Shown here piece after piece: positions 50,475 to 60,102 of a DNA stretch of 64,000 nt (position 1 is its first letter; each line of letters starts with the position of its first letter). The translations under genes and the position numbers were made by a program. The notes under the pieces are model-generated. The model saw only the letters and a list, made by a program, of their open reading frames with translations, made no database searches and was not told the origin of the DNA. This DNA is from Sphingomonadaceae bacterium (lineage in GTDB: Bacteria > Chloroflexota > UBA6077), in NCBI GenBank assembly GCA_050261575.1, contig JBLNDL010000092.1:1-64000 (forward strand). Reading direction: 5' to 3'.

Positions 50475-51740
50475 ATGGTGATAGGACAGGGATCGGTGGA
50501 GAGGACCCTGACCTCGGAGGACGTGAGGCAGCTACTGGCGACGGCGCTGGAGCCGCTGCCGCTGGATGGGAAGAAGATCCTCGTCATCATCCCCGACAGC
50601 ACCCGCACCGCCCCCATCCCCCTCATCTTCTACCTGCTCCACGACCTGATCGGGAGGCGGGTGGCGCGACTCGACTACCTGGTGGCCCTTGGGACCCACC
50701 CACCGATGGACGGCGAGGCCATCGACCGCCTGGTGGGGGTCTCCGCTGCCGAGCGGGCCGAGGGCTACCCCAAGACACGGATCTTCAACCACAGGTGGGA
50801 CCTGCCCGACACGCTGGAGACGGTGGGGGTGATCTCCGGCCGGGAGATGGCCGCGCTGAGCGGGGGGCTGGTGGAGGAGGAGACGCCGGTGAGGCTGAAC
50901 CGGATGGTCTTCGACTACGACCAGTTGATCATCTGCGGACCGGTCTTCCCCCACGAGGTGGTGGGTTTCTCCGGTGGGGCCAAGTATCTCTTCCCCGGGA
51001 TAGCGGGTCCAGAGATCATCAACTCCACCCACTGGCTGGGCGCCATGGTCACCAACGTGAAGACCATCGGCATCAAGGACACCGCTGTCCGACGGGTGAT
51101 CCACCGCGCCGCGGAGTTCCTGTCTCGGCCGATCCTCTGCCTCTCGCTGGTGCTGCAGGGTAGCGCCCTCCACGGGCTGTACGCGGGCTCGCTGGTGGAG
51201 TCCTGGGAGGCTGCGGCCGAACTCTCGGCGCAGTTGAACGTTGTTGTGGTGCCCCACGCCTTCCGGAAGGTGCTTTCGATGCCGTCGGAGATGTACGACG
51301 ACCTGTGGACGGCAGCCAAGGCGATGTACAAGGTGGAGCCGGCCGTGGCCGACGGCGGGGAGGTGATAATCTACGCCCCCCACATCACCGAGGTCTCCTA
51401 CACCCATGGCCGTCTGCTCGACGAGGTGGGCTACCACGTACTCGAGTACTTCACCAAGCAGCCCGAGCGCTTCAGGGAGGTACCCGGCGGGGTCAAGGCG
51501 CACAGCACCCACGTGAAGGGCGCGGGCAGCTACGACCCCGCGACCGGCATCGAGACGCCTCGGGTGTCAGTGACGCTGGCCACTGGGATCCCCGAGGCGC
51601 GCTGCAGGCGGATCAACCTGGGCTACCTGGACTACCGGACCATCGACCCGAAGGCTTGGGCGGGCAGGGAGAAGGAGGGGATCCTCCTGCTCCTCCACGC
51701 GGGCGAGATGCTCTTCCGCGCCCGGGACCTGCAGTTCTAG
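50475..51740 (+). CDS. Lactate racemase (LarA) superfamily protein
   Basis: IIPDSTRT, ALGTH and PHEVVGFSGGAK..FPG. GGAGG SD before ATG 50475. Confidence 0.88.
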   Translation: MVIGQGSVERTLTSEDVRQLLATALEPLPLDGKKILVIIPDSTRTAPIPLIFYLLHDLIGRRVARLDYLVALGTHPPMDGEAIDRLVGVSAAERAEGYPKTRIFNHRWDLPDTLETVGVISGREMAALSGGLVEEETPVRLNRMVFDYDQLIICGPVFPHEVVGFSGGAKYLFPGIAGPEIINSTHWLGAMVTNVKTIGIKDTAVRRVIHRAAEFLSRPILCLSLVLQGSALHGLYAGSLVESWEAAAELSAQLNVVVVPHAFRKVLSMPSEMYDDLWTAAKAMYKVEPAVADGGEVIIYAPHITEVSYTHGRLLDEVGYHVLEYFTKQPERFREVPGGVKAHSTHVKGAGSYDPATGIETPRVSVTLATGIPEARCRRINLGYLDYRTIDPKAWAGREKEGILLLLHAGEMLFRARDLQF

Positions 51741-51980
51741 GCGGGCGGGTGACCTTCGTCGCCCTCGGCATCCACGACGAGGCGTACCACCGCGCGCGGA
51801 ACCGGCGCCCCCAGCCTCCGCCTCGGTGCGCTATACTATGAGCTCAACGCCGCGCCATGAGCGGTTGACCACGACCCGGTGAGCAACGCATCCGCCAAGT
51901 CCGCGACGGCGGAGGACAAGCCTCCGCCCCCGTGGCGGAAGAACCGCTAGGCGGACTCTCAGATCCCCGAGGAGGACCGA

Positions 51981-53330
51981 ATGGAGCGACCCACAGCCAG
52001 GGTGCTTTGCCTGCCGACGGCGGCCGACGTGAAGGAGGAGGCCGAGCGGATGGGCGTGCCGCCCTCCGCGTTGGAACCGTTCGCCGGCCCCCTGGCGACG
52101 CCCATGGTAAAGCTGAAGTGGGTGCCGCCCACGATAGCCCTGGCCCTGCAGCGCATGATATCCCATCCGGCCGGCCTCGCCCTGATCGCCCCGGTCGACG
52201 ACAGGGAGGCGCGGGAACACGGGGACGCGAAGAGAGGTCGTGAGTGCCGCTTCCCGAATCCTGACGGCGGGCCAGCCACTCAGGACCCAGGACTCGGCAC
52301 CAGCGAGACGCCTCAGTCCTCGGGCCTCAGTCCTCAGTCCTCGACCGTCCTTGTCGCAGGCCCGAAGCCGCTCCTGCTGGATGTGGCCTCGCGGCTCGAG
52401 GCGGGCGGAGGCGGGGTCGAACGGGCCGTCGCCGCCGAACTGCGCACCGCCCTGGAGCGGTACGAAGGCCGGCAGCTTGGCACCACGAAGTGCGGCAACC
52501 TCACCTTAGAGTGGGGCAAGCGGACCTACGTGATGGGGATCATCAACGTGACGCCCGACTCCTTCTCGGGCGACGGCCTCGGCAAGAACGTGGACGCTGC
52601 CCTGGCCCTGGCAGAGCGGTTCGTCCAGGCCGGGGTGGACATCCTGGACGTCGGTGGTGAGTCCACCCGCCCGGGCGCTGCGGAGGTCTCGGTCCAGGAG
52701 GAGAGGGAGAGGGTGGTGCCGGTGGTACGCCGGCTGGTGAAGGAGTTCCCGGTGCCCGTATCGGTGGACTCCTACCGGCTGCTCGTAGTGCAGGAGGCGC
52801 TGGATGCGGGAGCCCACATGGTCAACGACGTGTGGGGGCTGCGACGCACCGAGGGGCTGGGCAGCCTGGCCGCCGCCTACGACGTCCCCATCGTCCTGAT
52901 GCACAACCGGCAAGCCGTGGCCTCGAAGACCGAGCTGGGGGGACACTTCCGGCAGGTGGAGTACCTCGACCTAATGGGGGGGATCGTCCAGGGGCTGCGG
53001 GAGAGCGTCGAGATCGCCCTCGCCGGCAACGTGCGGTGGGAGAACATCATCGTGGACCCCGGCATCGGTTTCGGCAAGACCCCGCAGCAGAACCTGGTGG
53101 TGATGCGGCGTCTGCAGGAGGTGAGGTCGCTCGGTAGGCCGATCCTGATGGGCACCTCCCGCAAGTCGGTCATCGGCCTCACCCTCGGGCTTCCCCCGGA
53201 GGAGCGGGTCGAGGGAACGGGGGCCACGGTGGCCGTGAGCATCTGCAACGGTGCCGACATCGTCCGGGTCCACGACGTCAAGGAGATGGTGCGGGTCAGC
53301 CGGATGACCGACGCCATCGTCCGAACCTAA
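51981..53330 (+). CDS. folP: Dihydropteroate synthase with N-terminal extension
   Basis: MGIINVTPDSFSGDG, DVGGESTRPG, DPGIGFGK, GTSRKS and VRVHDV. GGAGG SD. Confidence 0.96.
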   Translation: MERPTARVLCLPTAADVKEEAERMGVPPSALEPFAGPLATPMVKLKWVPPTIALALQRMISHPAGLALIAPVDDREAREHGDAKRGRECRFPNPDGGPATQDPGLGTSETPQSSGLSPQSSTVLVAGPKPLLLDVASRLEAGGGGVERAVAAELRTALERYEGRQLGTTKCGNLTLEWGKRTYVMGIINVTPDSFSGDGLGKNVDAALALAERFVQAGVDILDVGGESTRPGAAEVSVQEERERVVPVVRRLVKEFPVPVSVDSYRLLVVQEALDAGAHMVNDVWGLRRTEGLGSLAAAYDVPIVLMHNRQAVASKTELGGHFRQVEYLDLMGGIVQGLRESVEIALAGNVRWENIIVDPGIGFGKTPQQNLVVMRRLQEVRSLGRPILMGTSRKSVIGLTLGLPPEERVEGTGATVAVSICNGADIVRVHDVKEMVRVSRMTDAIVRT

Positions 53331-53332
53331 CG

Positions 53333-53410
53333 AAGTCCTGAGTCCTGGGTCCCGAGTCATGAGTGGTGACTGCGCAGGACTCAGCACTCGGGACCCAGGC
53401 CCCAGGACTT
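53333..53410. repeat. 25-bp inverted repeat built from heptamer units between folP and folC
   Basis: aagtcctgagtcctgggtcccgagt pairs with actcgggacccaggccccaggactt (2 mismatches). Confidence 0.75.
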
Positions 53411-53416
53411 ACAGCC

Positions 53417-54796
53417 ATGGACTACAACGAGGCGCTGCGCTACCTCTACAGCTTCACGGACTACGAGAAGAAGACCAGCTACGCCTACTCCGACGAGGGC
53501 TTCGACCTGCGGCGGCCCACGGAACTGCTGGCGCTGCTGGGGAACCCCCATACCCGATTCCCCTCCGTGCTGGTGGCCGGTACCAAGGGGAAGGGCTCCA
53601 CCAGCGCCATGATCGCCTCCATCCTCCAGGCGACAGGTGCGCGGGTCGGACTGTACAGCCAGCCCCATCTCCACAGCTTCCGAGAGCGGATCCGGATGAA
53701 CGGTCGGCCGATAGGCCGCTGGGAGCTGGCCGAGGCCATGGAGGCGGTGGTACCGGCAGTGGAGAAGCTGCGGCGGACCCGACCGGAGCTGGGCTCTCCC
53801 ACCACCTACGAGATCGCCACCGTGGTAGCCATGCACCACTTCGCCCGACTGGAACCGGACTTGGTGGTGCTGGAGGTGGGGCTGGGTGGGCGGCTGGACA
53901 CCACGAACGTCGCGAATCCGCTGATGTCGGTGATCACGCCGGTCAGCCTGGACCACGTCCAGATCCTTGGCAACACCATCGCCCAGATCGCCGCCGAGAA
54001 GGCCGGGATCATCAAGGAGCGGGGAGTGGTGGTAGCAGCCGACCAGACCGAGGAGGCGATGGGCGTGATCCGGAGGGTGGCGTCGGAGCGGGGAGCCCGG
54101 CTGGTGGTGGCCAGGCCCGAGATGGTCGAGGTCCCGGCGAAGGCGCCCGTGGAGCCGATTGGCGAAGGGGAGGCCGCACGACCCCGCAGGGAGCACACCA
54201 GGGTCGCACTGAGGGGCCCATCGGGAGCGATCTACCGCTTCGATCTGCCCCTGCTGGGCGCCCACCAGGTGGCCAACGCGGCCACGGCCATCGCCGTCGT
54301 CGAGGAGCTGTCGCGCAACGGCTTCTCCATCGGCCGCGAGGCGGTGGAGCGAGGCCTCGGCCAGGTTCGGTGGCCGGGTCGGCTGGAGGTCGTCCGTCGG
54401 GATCCGCTGGTGGTGGTGGACGGCGCCCACAACGGCGACTCCGCCACGAAGCTGGCCGCCGCACTTCGAGAGAACTTCATCTACCGGCGGCTGATCCTGG
54501 TGCTGGGTACCTCCGCCGACAAGGACGTGGAGGCGATCGCCAGCGCCCTGGCTCCGGAGGCCGCGGTGGTGGTCGCCACCCGCTCCCGCCACCCCCGGGC
54601 TGCCAACCCAGATCGGATCGCCGCGGCCCTGTCTGGCGACCTCTGCCCCCAGGTGGAGGTGGCCCGCGACTTCACCTCGGCCATCGGTCTGGCCACTGCT
54701 CTGGCCGCCCCCGGCGATCTGATCTGCGTCACGGGCTCCCTCTTCATCGTCGCCGACGCCCGCGATCACTACGGCCTGGCCGAGGAGCGGGACTGA
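53417..54796 (+). CDS. folC: Folylpolyglutamate synthase / dihydrofolate synthase
   Basis: VAGTKGKGST, PHLHSFRERI, EVGLGGRLDTTN, WPGRLE, DGAHN and TGSLF. Confidence 0.97.
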   Translation: MDYNEALRYLYSFTDYEKKTSYAYSDEGFDLRRPTELLALLGNPHTRFPSVLVAGTKGKGSTSAMIASILQATGARVGLYSQPHLHSFRERIRMNGRPIGRWELAEAMEAVVPAVEKLRRTRPELGSPTTYEIATVVAMHHFARLEPDLVVLEVGLGGRLDTTNVANPLMSVITPVSLDHVQILGNTIAQIAAEKAGIIKERGVVVAADQTEEAMGVIRRVASERGARLVVARPEMVEVPAKAPVEPIGEGEAARPRREHTRVALRGPSGAIYRFDLPLLGAHQVANAATAIAVVEELSRNGFSIGREAVERGLGQVRWPGRLEVVRRDPLVVVDGAHNGDSATKLAAALRENFIYRRLILVLGTSADKDVEAIASALAPEAAVVVATRSRHPRAANPDRIAAALSGDLCPQVEVARDFTSAIGLATALAAPGDLICVTGSLFIVADARDHYGLAEERD

Positions 54797-54802
54797 GAGG
54801 CA

Positions 54803-55960
54803 TCAGCAGCCGAGCGCCTTCGCCATCCGCCTGCCCGCCTCGATCAGGTTCTCCCGCGAGGTGGCGTAGGAGACCCGGATGAAGCCTTCGCCGTTGGCGC
54901 CGAAGGTGCTGCCAGGCACGCAGCCCACCTGCACCGTCTTCAGCAGGAACTCGCACAGCTCCATCGAGGTCATGCCCGTGCCACGAATATCCGGGAAGGC
55001 GTAGAAGGCCCCCTCCGGCTTCAGGCAGCGGAAGCCCGGAACCCGGTTCAACAGCTCCACTATCAGGTCGCGCCGCCCCTGGTACTCTGCCACCATCTCG
55101 TCGATGAAGTCCTGCTCGCCCTCCAGCGCCGCCACGGCGCCGCTCTGCAACATCGTGGGGGCCGCAGCGGCCAGGATCTGGTGGAGCTTCATCATCCCCT
55201 GGATCAGCGCGGGGTGCGCGACGGCGTAGCCGAGCCGCCAGCCGGTCATGGCGTACACCTTTGAGAAGGAGTTGACGGTGATCGTCCGCTCCCTCATTCC
55301 GGGAAGCGAAGCGAAGCTGATGGCCTCCCGGTTGTCGTAGACGATGGTGTCGTACACCTCGTCTGAGAGCACCAGCAGGTCGTGCCTCTCCGCCAGCGCC
55401 GCCAGCCCCTCCAGCACCTCACCAGTAAGCAACTGCCCCGTGGGGTTGCCGGGGGAGTTGATCACCAGCAGCTTCGTCCTGGGGGTGATCAGCGACTCCA
55501 CCTCAGACAGATCCGGGTAGAAGCCGTTCTCGATCCGCAAGGGGTAGGGTACCGGCCTGGCGTCGCAGGCGAGGGACTGGGAGTGGTAGACCATGAAGCC
55601 GGGGTCGGGGATCAGCACCTCATCTCCGGAGTTGAGCGCCGTCTGCATCGCCAGGTAGAGGGCCTCCACGCCGCCGATGGTGACGATCACCTCCGCCGAC
55701 GGGTCGACCCGCGAGCCCCTCTTCCGAGACTCCCTCTCGGCGATCGCGGCCCTCAGGTCCTCCTCCCCCAGGTTCTGGGAGTAGTGGGTCTCGCCCCGGT
55801 CCAGCGCGGCCTTGGCGGCGGCCCGAATGTGCACGGGGGTATCGAAGTCCGGCTCCCCGATGGCCAGGCTGACGGTGCCGGGCTGCCTTGCCAGATCGAA
55901 GATCCTCCGGATGCCGGAGGGCGGAAAAGCCTTCACGCGGTTGGACAGGCGAGACTCCAT
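54803..55960 (-). CDS. Class I/II PLP-dependent aminotransferase (AspC-like)
   Basis: GEPDFDTP, NSPGNPTG, SDEVY and SFSKVYAMTGWRLGY. AGGAGG SD before ATG 55960. Confidence 0.93.
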   Translation of the reverse strand: MESRLSNRVKAFPPSGIRRIFDLARQPGTVSLAIGEPDFDTPVHIRAAAKAALDRGETHYSQNLGEEDLRAAIAERESRKRGSRVDPSAEVIVTIGGVEALYLAMQTALNSGDEVLIPDPGFMVYHSQSLACDARPVPYPLRIENGFYPDLSEVESLITPRTKLLVINSPGNPTGQLLTGEVLEGLAALAERHDLLVLSDEVYDTIVYDNREAISFASLPGMRERTITVNSFSKVYAMTGWRLGYAVAHPALIQGMMKLHQILAAAAPTMLQSGAVAALEGEQDFIDEMVAEYQGRRDLIVELLNRVPGFRCLKPEGAFYAFPDIRGTGMTSMELCEFLLKTVQVGCVPGSTFGANGEGFIRVSYATSRENLIEAGRRMAKALGC

Positions 55961-56093
55961 GATCGACCTCCTGGTGCTGATGAGTGCTAACGGTGGTGCA
56001 CGGGGCGGTGCAAAGGGGCGCCACAGCCTGGACCCCGAAGGGGCCGGCGGACCGCCAGCCCCGCCGGCCATGGGGAATCATAACCGAAAGGGG

Positions 56094-57185
56094 CTACCGC
56101 AGTCCCTCTGCGCGCTGCGCCTCTGGGGTTTCGCCGATCCACGCGGCATCCCAGATCACGATCCTCCGGCCTGGGCCGCGCTTCGCACGATAGAGCGCCT
56201 CGTCGGCCCGGGCGATCAACTCTTCTCGGTTTCCGGCCAGATCGGGATAGGAGGAGATCCCCATGCAGAGGGAGAGGCGACCAGTCTCCGCACCCATCCG
56301 GAACTCCAGACCCTGGGCACGCAGGGCGCGGTCGATCCTGGCAGCCACCACCAGGGCCTGAGGGGCAACGGTCTCCGGCAGGATCACGGCGAACTCGTCG
56401 CCGCCGTATCGGGCTACCACGTCGATCCTGCGGACCTCACGCTGGATCGTTGCCGATATCGTCCTGAGAGCCTCATCACCTCCCTGGTGGCCGAAGAGAT
56501 CGTTGTACCGCTTGAAGTGGTTGAGGTCCATCATGATCAGGGAGAGAGGCCGCTGGTAGCGAGCTGCCCGCTCGATCTCCAACCCCAGCCGGTCCTGGAA
56601 GTAGCGGTGGTTGTAGACGCCCGTGAGGCCATCGGTGATGGCCAGCTCCCTCAGCCGCCGAAGGACGGCGCTGTTGCTCAGCCACAGCGCCAGGTGGCGG
56701 GATACCACCCGCAATCTATCCACCTCCTCCGGGCAGAAGGGGTCGCTGCCAGGGGTCCGGACCACCTCCGCCACGCCGAAGCGAGTGCCCTCGACGTCCA
56801 CTGGAACGCAGGCAACGGGATAGAGGTCGGAGCCGCCGAGGTCCGGATGGGGACCCAGCCACCTGGGGCGTGGAGCGAGGAGCGCGACGGGCCCCACGCC
56901 CTCGGAGGCCTTCCACTCGATGCTATCGGAGAACAGTTCGCGGATGGGAGGGGAGCAGTGGGGCTCCGGTCCAGAGAAGCTGACCAGCACCAGCCTCTGC
57001 CGGTCCCGATCGAGCAGAAAGAGGGCGCACCAACACCCCCTCATGAGTGAGGCGGCCATTTCGAGGCTGGAAACCAGCAGTTGGTCCCATTCCGGAACGA
57101 TCCCCAGCGTCCATTCGGCCAGCACCGGGGATTCGTCGCTCGCGACCACACCTGCTGCCGGATGCGGCTCTTCCATGGGGAGCAA
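56094..57185 (-). CDS. GAF-GGDEF diguanylate cyclase
   Basis: TDGLTGVYNHRYF, DLNHFKRYND.FGH..GD, RYGGDEF with an upstream RxxD I-site (RRID), and ADEALYRAK; GAF-like N-terminus. Confidence 0.92.
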   Translation of the reverse strand: MLPMEEPHPAAGVVASDESPVLAEWTLGIVPEWDQLLVSSLEMAASLMRGCWCALFLLDRDRQRLVLVSFSGPEPHCSPPIRELFSDSIEWKASEGVGPVALLAPRPRWLGPHPDLGGSDLYPVACVPVDVEGTRFGVAEVVRTPGSDPFCPEEVDRLRVVSRHLALWLSNSAVLRRLRELAITDGLTGVYNHRYFQDRLGLEIERAARYQRPLSLIMMDLNHFKRYNDLFGHQGGDEALRTISATIQREVRRIDVVARYGGDEFAVILPETVAPQALVVAARIDRALRAQGLEFRMGAETGRLSLCMGISSYPDLAGNREELIARADEALYRAKRGPGRRIVIWDAAWIGETPEAQRAEGLR

Positions 57186-57188
57186 CTC

Positions 57189-57500
57189 TCATGGAGACGC
57201 AGGCATCGGAGACAAGCCCTCCGAGGTTCCGAGCCTGCCTTCCCCCTCCAGGGTTTCCAGCATCGCGTCCGCCACCATGGGATCGAACTGTCGGCCCCGG
57301 TTCCGCCTCAGCTCCTGCATGGCGTCTTGTACGTTCAGAGCCTTGCAGTAGGTTCTGTCGGACAGCATGGCGCCGACGGAGCCGGCCACGACCATGATCC
57401 TGGCCCCTGGAGGGATCTCATCACCCTTCAGTCCCAGTCCGTTAATAAAGCCGTGACCATCGTACTGCTCGTGGTGGCTAAAGATCAAGTCCCTACCATT
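57189..57500 (-). pseudogene. Degenerate C-terminal fragment of an HD-GYP phosphodiesterase
   Basis: HHEQYDGHG...GLKGDEIPPGARIMVVAGSVGAMLSDRTY...ELRRNRGRQFDP. The HD dyad half is absent, GYP is lost and there is no clear start. Confidence 0.7.
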
Positions 57501-57639
57501 ACGGTGATCGGGGAAGCCACCGGCCAGATCCGCCCGCGACGAAGAGCGCCACCGTGAGGGGCGCGGTGAAGACCAGCATCGAAAGCGCGATACTACCAGC
57601 GGATGGCCGGCAAACGTGGTCTTCGGCCGTCGCTCTCGA

Positions 57640-58410
57640 TCAGAACAGGAGGGAGGAATCCAGGAAGAAGGCTGTGAAGGCTCCCAGGCACATGGCCGTG
57701 CCGTAGGGCATGAAATCGCGCAAAGAGCTTCGGCGCGCCGCCACCATCGCCAGCCCTCCCACGGCCCCAAAGAGGCTACCCAGCAGCAGCCACCAGGCCA
57801 CGGCGGGGAACCCGGCCATCGCGCCCAGCAGCATGGCCAGCTTGACGTCCCCCAGCCCGAGCACCTCCTGCCGGAAGATGAGCCGTCCAATCGCGTACAG
57901 GGAGCCAAACAGTAGCCCGGCTGCCACCACCCCCGCCAGAGTCATCACCAGGCCAACGGGCGTGAGGGTGGAGGTGAGGAGCACCGACAGGGCGATGCCC
58001 GGATAGGTGATCCGGTTCAGGATCAGCCTGTGCCGCCAGTCTATGAGGAACACGACGATAAGGAAACAGGAGTAGAGGCTGTAGAGGAGCAGCCTGGGAC
58101 TCACCCCGAAGCGGAGGAACAGCAGCCAGAAGGCAGCCCCAGTGGCCAGCTCCGTGAGCGCGGCCGTGGTTTCGGGCGCGGCCCCGCACCCATGACAGCG
58201 CCCGCGCGCGCCGAGCAGCAGCGACAGCAGCGCCGACTGGGTGTGGAGCGGACGCCCGACGTGGCAGCGCGGGCACTCCAGCGGCGCCGTCAGCGCCTCC
58301 AGCCGGGGCAGTCGATAGGCGGCGAGATTCAGGATGGGGCCGGCCACCAGGCCCACCGTCGCCCAGAGCAGAGCCAATGGAACCCCCAGTGCGACAGTCA
58401 CGAAGAACAC
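57640..58410 (-). CDS. pilD: Prepilin peptidase (A24, PilD-like)
   Basis: CPRC and CHGC zinc pairs, catalytic IDW..RLI.N and LGLGDVKL, and PYGTAM. Start uncertain. Confidence 0.88.
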   Translation of the reverse strand: MFFVTVALGVPLALLWATVGLVAGPILNLAAYRLPRLEALTAPLECPRCHVGRPLHTQSALLSLLLGARGRCHGCGAAPETTAALTELATGAAFWLLFLRFGVSPRLLLYSLYSCFLIVVFLIDWRHRLILNRITYPGIALSVLLTSTLTPVGLVMTLAGVVAAGLLFGSLYAIGRLIFRQEVLGLGDVKLAMLLGAMAGFPAVAWWLLLGSLFGAVGGLAMVAARRSSLRDFMPYGTAMCLGAFTAFFLDSSLLF

Positions 58411-58617
58411 CCCAGGGCACGAGAAGACGCGGGGACGCGGAGAGGGGTCCCGCGTCCTGGATACGGAACCAATCACACCCAGGACTCAGCACCCTGCTCC
58501 CAGTCCTCAGGGCCGCCAAATGATATCGGCCGCGGGCATCAAAGTAAATGCCCGGCTATTGCCAGAAGGTCCGGCCATGTTGTACAAAGGAAGCTGCACT
58601 CAAACCGCTGGAGCCCC

Positions 58618-59904
58618 ATGAAAGCATCCTTCCTCCACCTGGGCGACGTCCACCTGGGCCACGAGCAGTACGGCCGGAAAGAGAGGGCCGACGACTTCGC
58701 CAGGGCCTTCTACTTCGCCGTGGACTACGCGGTCGAGCACAGGGTGGACTTCGTCGTCCTCGCCGGCGACCTGTTCGAGCGATCCACCCTGGACCCCGTC
58801 ACCTTCGACCAGGCCCTCTACGGATTGGAGGACCTGCGGCGCGCCCGCATTCCGGTCGTCGACATCGCAGGCAACCACGACCGGGCCCGCTACGGTCAGG
58901 GCAGGGCGTGGGTGGAGTCGCTGGGCCTCCACGGATTCCTGCACTACCTGGACGCGGTGGGGCCGGAGGGGCTGCAACTGAGACCCTGGTCGGCGGAGGA
59001 GGGCTCCGGTGGCTACCTGGACCTGAAGGGCATACGATTCGTCGGGATGCGCTACCTGGGAGCCTCGACGGCCAGGGCGGTGGAGGAGCTGGGCGCCCAG
59101 CTTCGGAAGCTGAGCCCCATCGGCCGGCCCTACACCGTGGCTCTCATCCATGCGGGGCTGGATGGGGTGGTGCCCAACTTCCGGGCAGAGCTTACCTACG
59201 AACAGTTGGCACCGCTGCGCGGCCTGGTGGACTACGTGGCCCTGGGGCACATACACCAGCACTACAGTCGCGAGGGTTGGGTGTACAACCCCGGATCCCT
59301 CGAAACCTGGAGCGCTGGCGAGGTGGGGTGGGAGCGGGGCTTCCTCCACGTGGTCGTGGACGACTCCGCCGACCCTAAGCACACCGCCCAACTGGTGGTG
59401 CCCCCGCGGCGGGCCTTCCTCCGCTACCGGCTGGAGGTGGAGCCCTGCACCAGCCCCGAGGCGCTGATGGCGCTGTTGCGGCGCCACCTGGAGAAATGGA
59501 CCCGGGATGCCCGGGACGAGAGCCCCGTGGTCCACCTGACCCTCACTGGTCGCCTCCGCTTCGAACGCCGCGACCTGGACCTGGGGGCGCTGGAGGCGGA
59601 GGTGACGTCCGCCCTCCGGCCGCTGGTGGTCCAGATCAGGGACCAGACCGACGAGACCGCCTTCCAGGTGCGCGCAGGCGAGGAAGATGGGATAGTGGAT
59701 CGCTCCGCCCTGGAGCTGGAGGTGCTGCGGCAGCTTTTCGCCAACGACGAGCGGCGGGTGCATCGTGCCTCGGCGTGGGCGCGGCTGGCACAGAGCCTCA
59801 AACTGGGGGTGCTGTCCAAGGAGAGCCCGGAGCAACTGGCCGAGATGGTCCGCAAGGAGGCCGCCGAACTGACGGCCCCGCTTGCAGAGAGACAACCGCA
59901 GTAG
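58618..59904 (+). CDS. sbcD: Mre11/SbcD family DNA repair nuclease
   Basis: DVHLG, AGDLF, GNHD, ALIH, YVALGHIH and YNPGSLE. Confidence 0.93.
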   Translation: MKASFLHLGDVHLGHEQYGRKERADDFARAFYFAVDYAVEHRVDFVVLAGDLFERSTLDPVTFDQALYGLEDLRRARIPVVDIAGNHDRARYGQGRAWVESLGLHGFLHYLDAVGPEGLQLRPWSAEEGSGGYLDLKGIRFVGMRYLGASTARAVEELGAQLRKLSPIGRPYTVALIHAGLDGVVPNFRAELTYEQLAPLRGLVDYVALGHIHQHYSREGWVYNPGSLETWSAGEVGWERGFLHVVVDDSADPKHTAQLVVPPRRAFLRYRLEVEPCTSPEALMALLRRHLEKWTRDARDESPVVHLTLTGRLRFERRDLDLGALEAEVTSALRPLVVQIRDQTDETAFQVRAGEEDGIVDRSALELEVLRQLFANDERRVHRASAWARLAQSLKLGVLSKESPEQLAEMVRKEAAELTAPLAERQPQ

Positions 59905-59958
59905 ACCCGGTAGAGGCCACACCCGAGGGCGCGCTCGCGCCGCGCTGTGAAGGCAGAC

Positions 59959-60071
59959 AGGGCAGACCTGTGTGTCTGCCCATATAACGTCACCGACACC
60001 CTTACAGGGGCGCACCTGTGTGTGCGCCCTGGCCACCGGCATTCGGGCGGGCGAGTGGGTCTGCCCCCACG
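59959..60071. repeat. GTAGGGGC-type REP cluster between mre11 and rad50
   Basis: gggcagacctgtgtgtctgccc, aggggcgcacctgtgtgtgcgccct and gggtctgcccccacg. Confidence 0.7.
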
Positions 60072-60102
60072 AGCCGCAGTCGAGGTCTAGTACGGCATAC
60101 TG

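Noticed and set aside
55983..55991. GAGTGCTAA upstream of the aminotransferase as a CIRCE
   Set aside because: Only one half-site; the partner position 9 bp away does not match.
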